36,568 nt of DNA. It comes from Octopus sinensis (Eukaryota). Shown one piece after another: positions 33,266 through 36,568 of the stretch. The position numbers and the translations under genes were made by a program. The number at the start of each line of letters is the position of its first letter. The stretch's first letter is position 1. The DNA is taken from the NCBI RefSeq assembly GCF_006345805.1, contig NW_021828090.1, forward strand, positions 1-36,568. The letters are read 5' to 3'. The notes under the pieces were generated by a model. It was given only the letters and a program-made list of their open reading frames with translations. It was not told the origin of the DNA and searched no databases.

Positions 33266-33699
33266 GTAAAGTAAAAATACTTAGGTATCAAATTCTAATT
33301 AACTCTACGAAGTCAAAATTAAAGATTCCAGGCGGATTTTATGGATGCTAAATATATAACGATTTTGACGATAAATATAATTAAATATTGACAATTTTTG
33401 ACACGTACGGAAAATTTGTAATCTGCAAGATGTTAAAAAATGAAATTGCTTTTGACAATACTGAAAATTTGGTTTAAAAAGTTAGAAATAAATTCAAAAA
33501 AATTTTGTCAAATTGGATATTGCCAAATTTTACAAAATAAAAACGGGTTCAAATTGGAAAACTAATTTATAGATCATTTATTCAAAGAAAATAAAATCAA
33601 ACATATTTATAGAAAAAAACCGTCCCATTCACGAGTTCTAATCAAAATAAAGAACAAAGTTAGATGCTAGCTAATATAAGTGTCTTAAAGGGTCAGTCT

Positions 33700-34090
33700 A
33701 ACGCCATCGCCATCGAACTGCATATTAAATGGCGGTTTCTACGGAGCACGGCGACTAAGATTCGCTGAAAATCTAGCTCGTATCCCTTCGCTCTTTTTTC
33801 AGAGAGTTTGTCTTATTAATATCAGTCAGGAATTGAGTCTCGGCTTTGCTGATGATTTCTGAAGGCAAAAAGAGAAAACTTAAAAGCGTCCGAAATATAC
33901 CGGCATTTCGTCTTCTTTGACTCTTTAGCCTTAGCACTCGCCGAGCCCGGGTTGCTGACAGTCTTGCCCAAGCGTAAGCAGATACCAATCCGTACGAATT
34001 CGTCGTCCAGTAGTAATCCTGTTCTGGGGATAGGAAGTGCTTTGAGCCAGTCTCCCGTATAATAAGGCCAGCTGAAATTGGTCCGACTTT
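33700..34090 (-). mobile_element. CRE-like 3' fragment with internal deletion
   Basis: A frame not shown in the ORF track reads GDWLKALPIPRTGLLLDDEFVRIGICLRLG|KTVSNPGSASAKAKESKK; the knuckle/RLE block between the two parts is missing. Confidence 0.7.
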
Positions 34091-34694
34091 GAACAAAGTT
34101 TTCGTTCGGTATTTACGCAGATTTCGTCCCAGTTCATTTGGATTGAAGGTAATCAAGGCAAAAGTTAAGGAAATTATATTTGTATGTTTTTTATTTTTAT
34201 TTAATTGGTAAAATATGCCCTCCCAGCACCATTCTTGAGGGGATGAAGACAATTTCGAACGACAGTACTGCCATAAACACAGCTACGAGGCTGACAAATT
34301 TTCAAACCAAGCCTCAGGCGAAACTGTAATATTTAAAAGCGCAGTGTACAGCAAAGATCCAATGAATGACAATGCCAATGAATTTCCCAGTTAAGGAATT
34401 TTGAAAATCAGAAATTGACGTGGAAATATACGGAAATTGTATAGAAATTCAACTACCCTGCGAGCAAATACTTAAGTGGTAAATCCTCCTCTTTAAACAC
34501 TTTGAAGATCTCTTTTGCTAATCTAAATCGCATCTTTAATGCCAGAATGAACTTTAGAGTAAGCCTTTTTATAGAATGAGTAATTGGAATTTTTTCGCTA
34601 TGCGGCATTGACATGAGAACCTATTCCGATCTGGATCTTTCTGCTCTGCTAATAAACTAACAAAAATGAAGAATTTCCATCGATACAACAAAAA

Positions 34695-34765
34695 TGCATC
34701 TGCCGGGAATCGAACCCGGTTCGCTCGCATGGGAAGCGAACATGATACCATTACACCACAGATGC
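34695..34765 (-). tRNA. tRNA-Gly(CCC)
   Basis: GCATCTG acceptor stem, TGGTGTAATGG A box, anticodon arm TTCGC-TTCCCAT-GCGAG, GGTTCGATTCC B box; 71 nt, no intron. Confidence 0.9.
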
Positions 34766-34831
34766 TATTTCTAGTGTTTAGCGTTATTTTAATTAGAATA
34801 ATAATATTTTCCAAAAGGTGTTGTATTAGTA

Positions 34832-35753
34832 TTGTCTCAATCCTTAGGTTACGTGAAAAATGACAGTGAATACCAAAATATTGTAAATGCACTACTCCAA
34901 ATACCCGTACAAACTATATCTAAATCCGAAAAATACAATCTTATAAAGAACGATAATAATCAAAAACACAAATTGGCTATCTGTTTGGACAATGAAATGG
35001 AGATGAAGACACTGGCATTCGCTATTAACCAACAATGCCACTGGGGAATACTAAAGCTTCATAACAAGTGATGTGAATTTTATTTTACTGTGAAACGTTT
35101 ATTATCGAACAAATTATAAGATTGCGAAATTTGTAAATTTTCTGCTCCGTTAAAAGTATTTTTTTATTAAATTTAACACTGTGATTCATGAAATACTAGG
35201 TTATAATCTTATTTATAATTTAGATGAAAATATCGAGGCATCGTTTGTCCAAGATGAACTTAATGGTAAATTTACGATGTATTTATTTTTTTAGAAACGA
35301 AAAATAAAATTTTTTAATTTCACTCGTCCAGACATGAATTCATCTTATTTTAAAAGAATGAATAAAAAGATGGGAGTACACAGGTCAAAATATGATTTTG
35401 AAATAGGGAATGAGGTATAATTAAATAATAACAGTTTAGGTTCGAATCTTACAAGATTATGGAACGAATCCGTCATTGAATCCCCATATGAAGAAAAGGG
35501 AAAAGTAAAAAATATAATGTCTAATAACAGATTAATGGTTAGTTGTCTTTCCTAACATTTAGATCGAATTACGAAATGAAACTAAGATAGTTACTATGAA
35601 TAGAGTTAAAAAATGTTAAGGTTTTTGAATATTTAGCAATTATCTTAAGTCAGTAATTATTGTCAAACTATGTAGGTCACCCTGTCAACTCTGTAAACTA
35701 TGTAGGTCACCTTGGTCGCCAGCGTGGTATGGTCGCCAGGGTAGTTCGCGACA
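34832..35753 (+). mobile_element. Internally deleted Ginger2/TDD-like transposon with probable right TIR
   Basis: N-terminal EYQNIVN...QQCHWG, later YFKRMNKKMGVHRSKYDFEIG (paralogous to 10100-10160); GC-rich tract with ggtcgcca repeats ending GCGACA at 35753. Confidence 0.6.
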
Positions 35754-36568
35754 GAATATATTAATTTTTAAAATTTATTATTTTTGTCACGATTAACTCT
35801 TATTACTTTATTTTAATTATTTTTCTATCTTTTACTTAGAGATATTTTTAATGTTCAAAAAAACCAGGTTTTGAATGAAATAAAACAACCCTTCTGGTCT
35901 TTATGTGCAAATTGTTTATTGAAAACATTTACCAACTAATCCGGGAATAACTAAAACTGAATGACTCGATTTCTGTAAAAACTAATAAAAATTAATTCCA
36001 ATTTATCCCTGTAAATAACAACCATTAAAAAACTAACAACTAAAAAAAACTATTTTAAAAATTTTTATCTTATCGAATAAAAAACAGTAGTTTTAATATA
36101 AACAAATTTTGGATTTTTTAAAGATCTTTTAAAAAATAAAACCAAGAAGAGGCTCTTATAGTTAAAAAATAAATACTTGAACTCCGCCTGAATTCTTTAC
36201 ATTCATCGAATAATTAAATAATAAAAGTTTTCAGAATTCATATTTAGATATAAAAGGATTATTTTTAAGACATGCAATAGTTATATTTTTATTGTTTATT
36301 CTAAACCTAGTAAATAAAAAGCAAATGTACTTATTGTTCTCTTCTAATTATAAATAGTTAACAAAAAAGAATTAATCAAAATCATAAACGGAATTATTAG
36401 TGAGATTAATTAAATTAATGAAATTCAGTCAAATCGAATTTTTGACATTAATTTTCTTTTCAAATTTTTTTTCACGCGTGCGAGACTGTACAGAAAATTC
36501 TACGCAGGAAATCCTTTTTTTGCCTTCAAAAAAACCAATAAACACGTTAAGAGTCATTGGCTATATGA

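Noticed and set aside
34200-34450. Minus-strand hydrophobic frame ending SRMVLGGH (PAP2-like) if TGA were read as Trp
   Set aside because: The other PAP2 motifs are absent, two recoded stops are required, and no start or splice structure is evident

Overview
AT-rich eukaryotic nuclear DNA made almost entirely of transposable elements and their fragments. Only one recognisable host protein gene is present (AATF/BFR2, + strand, 23869-25217), plus one tRNA-Gly(CCC). AATF splices in frame only after removing nine micro-introns of 22-32 nt (one GC-AG), and it carries an in-frame TGA where AATF homologues have a conserved Trp. The same class of micro-intron occurs inside DNA-transposon genes of four superfamilies (hAT, Ginger2/TDD-like, Merlin, pogo). 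The key structure is a CGGBP1-like hAT transposon present twice. Copy B (28808-30656) is intact: 12-bp TIRs, 8-bp TSD, and a 456-aa transposase split by four 23-26 nt introns. Copy A (13030-19977) has a different 8-bp TSD, sits inside a Ginger2-like gene, and carries an apparently complete R4/Dong-like LINE (intact ORF, poly(A), 10-12 bp TSD) and an IR/DR Tc1 element inserted at the donor site of a 26-nt intron. Also present: a complete non-autonomous Helitron with a 95-bp minisatellite, Ingi/Vingi-like LINE pieces with a 2A (StopGo) motif behind a signal-peptide-like leader, eight CRE-like LINE fragments, and Buster-type hAT and RTE remnants. Micro-introns plus animal-type TEs suggest a reduced parasitic eukaryote such as a dicyemid; that is inference only. 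All family assignments come from motifs recognised by eye, without database searches.
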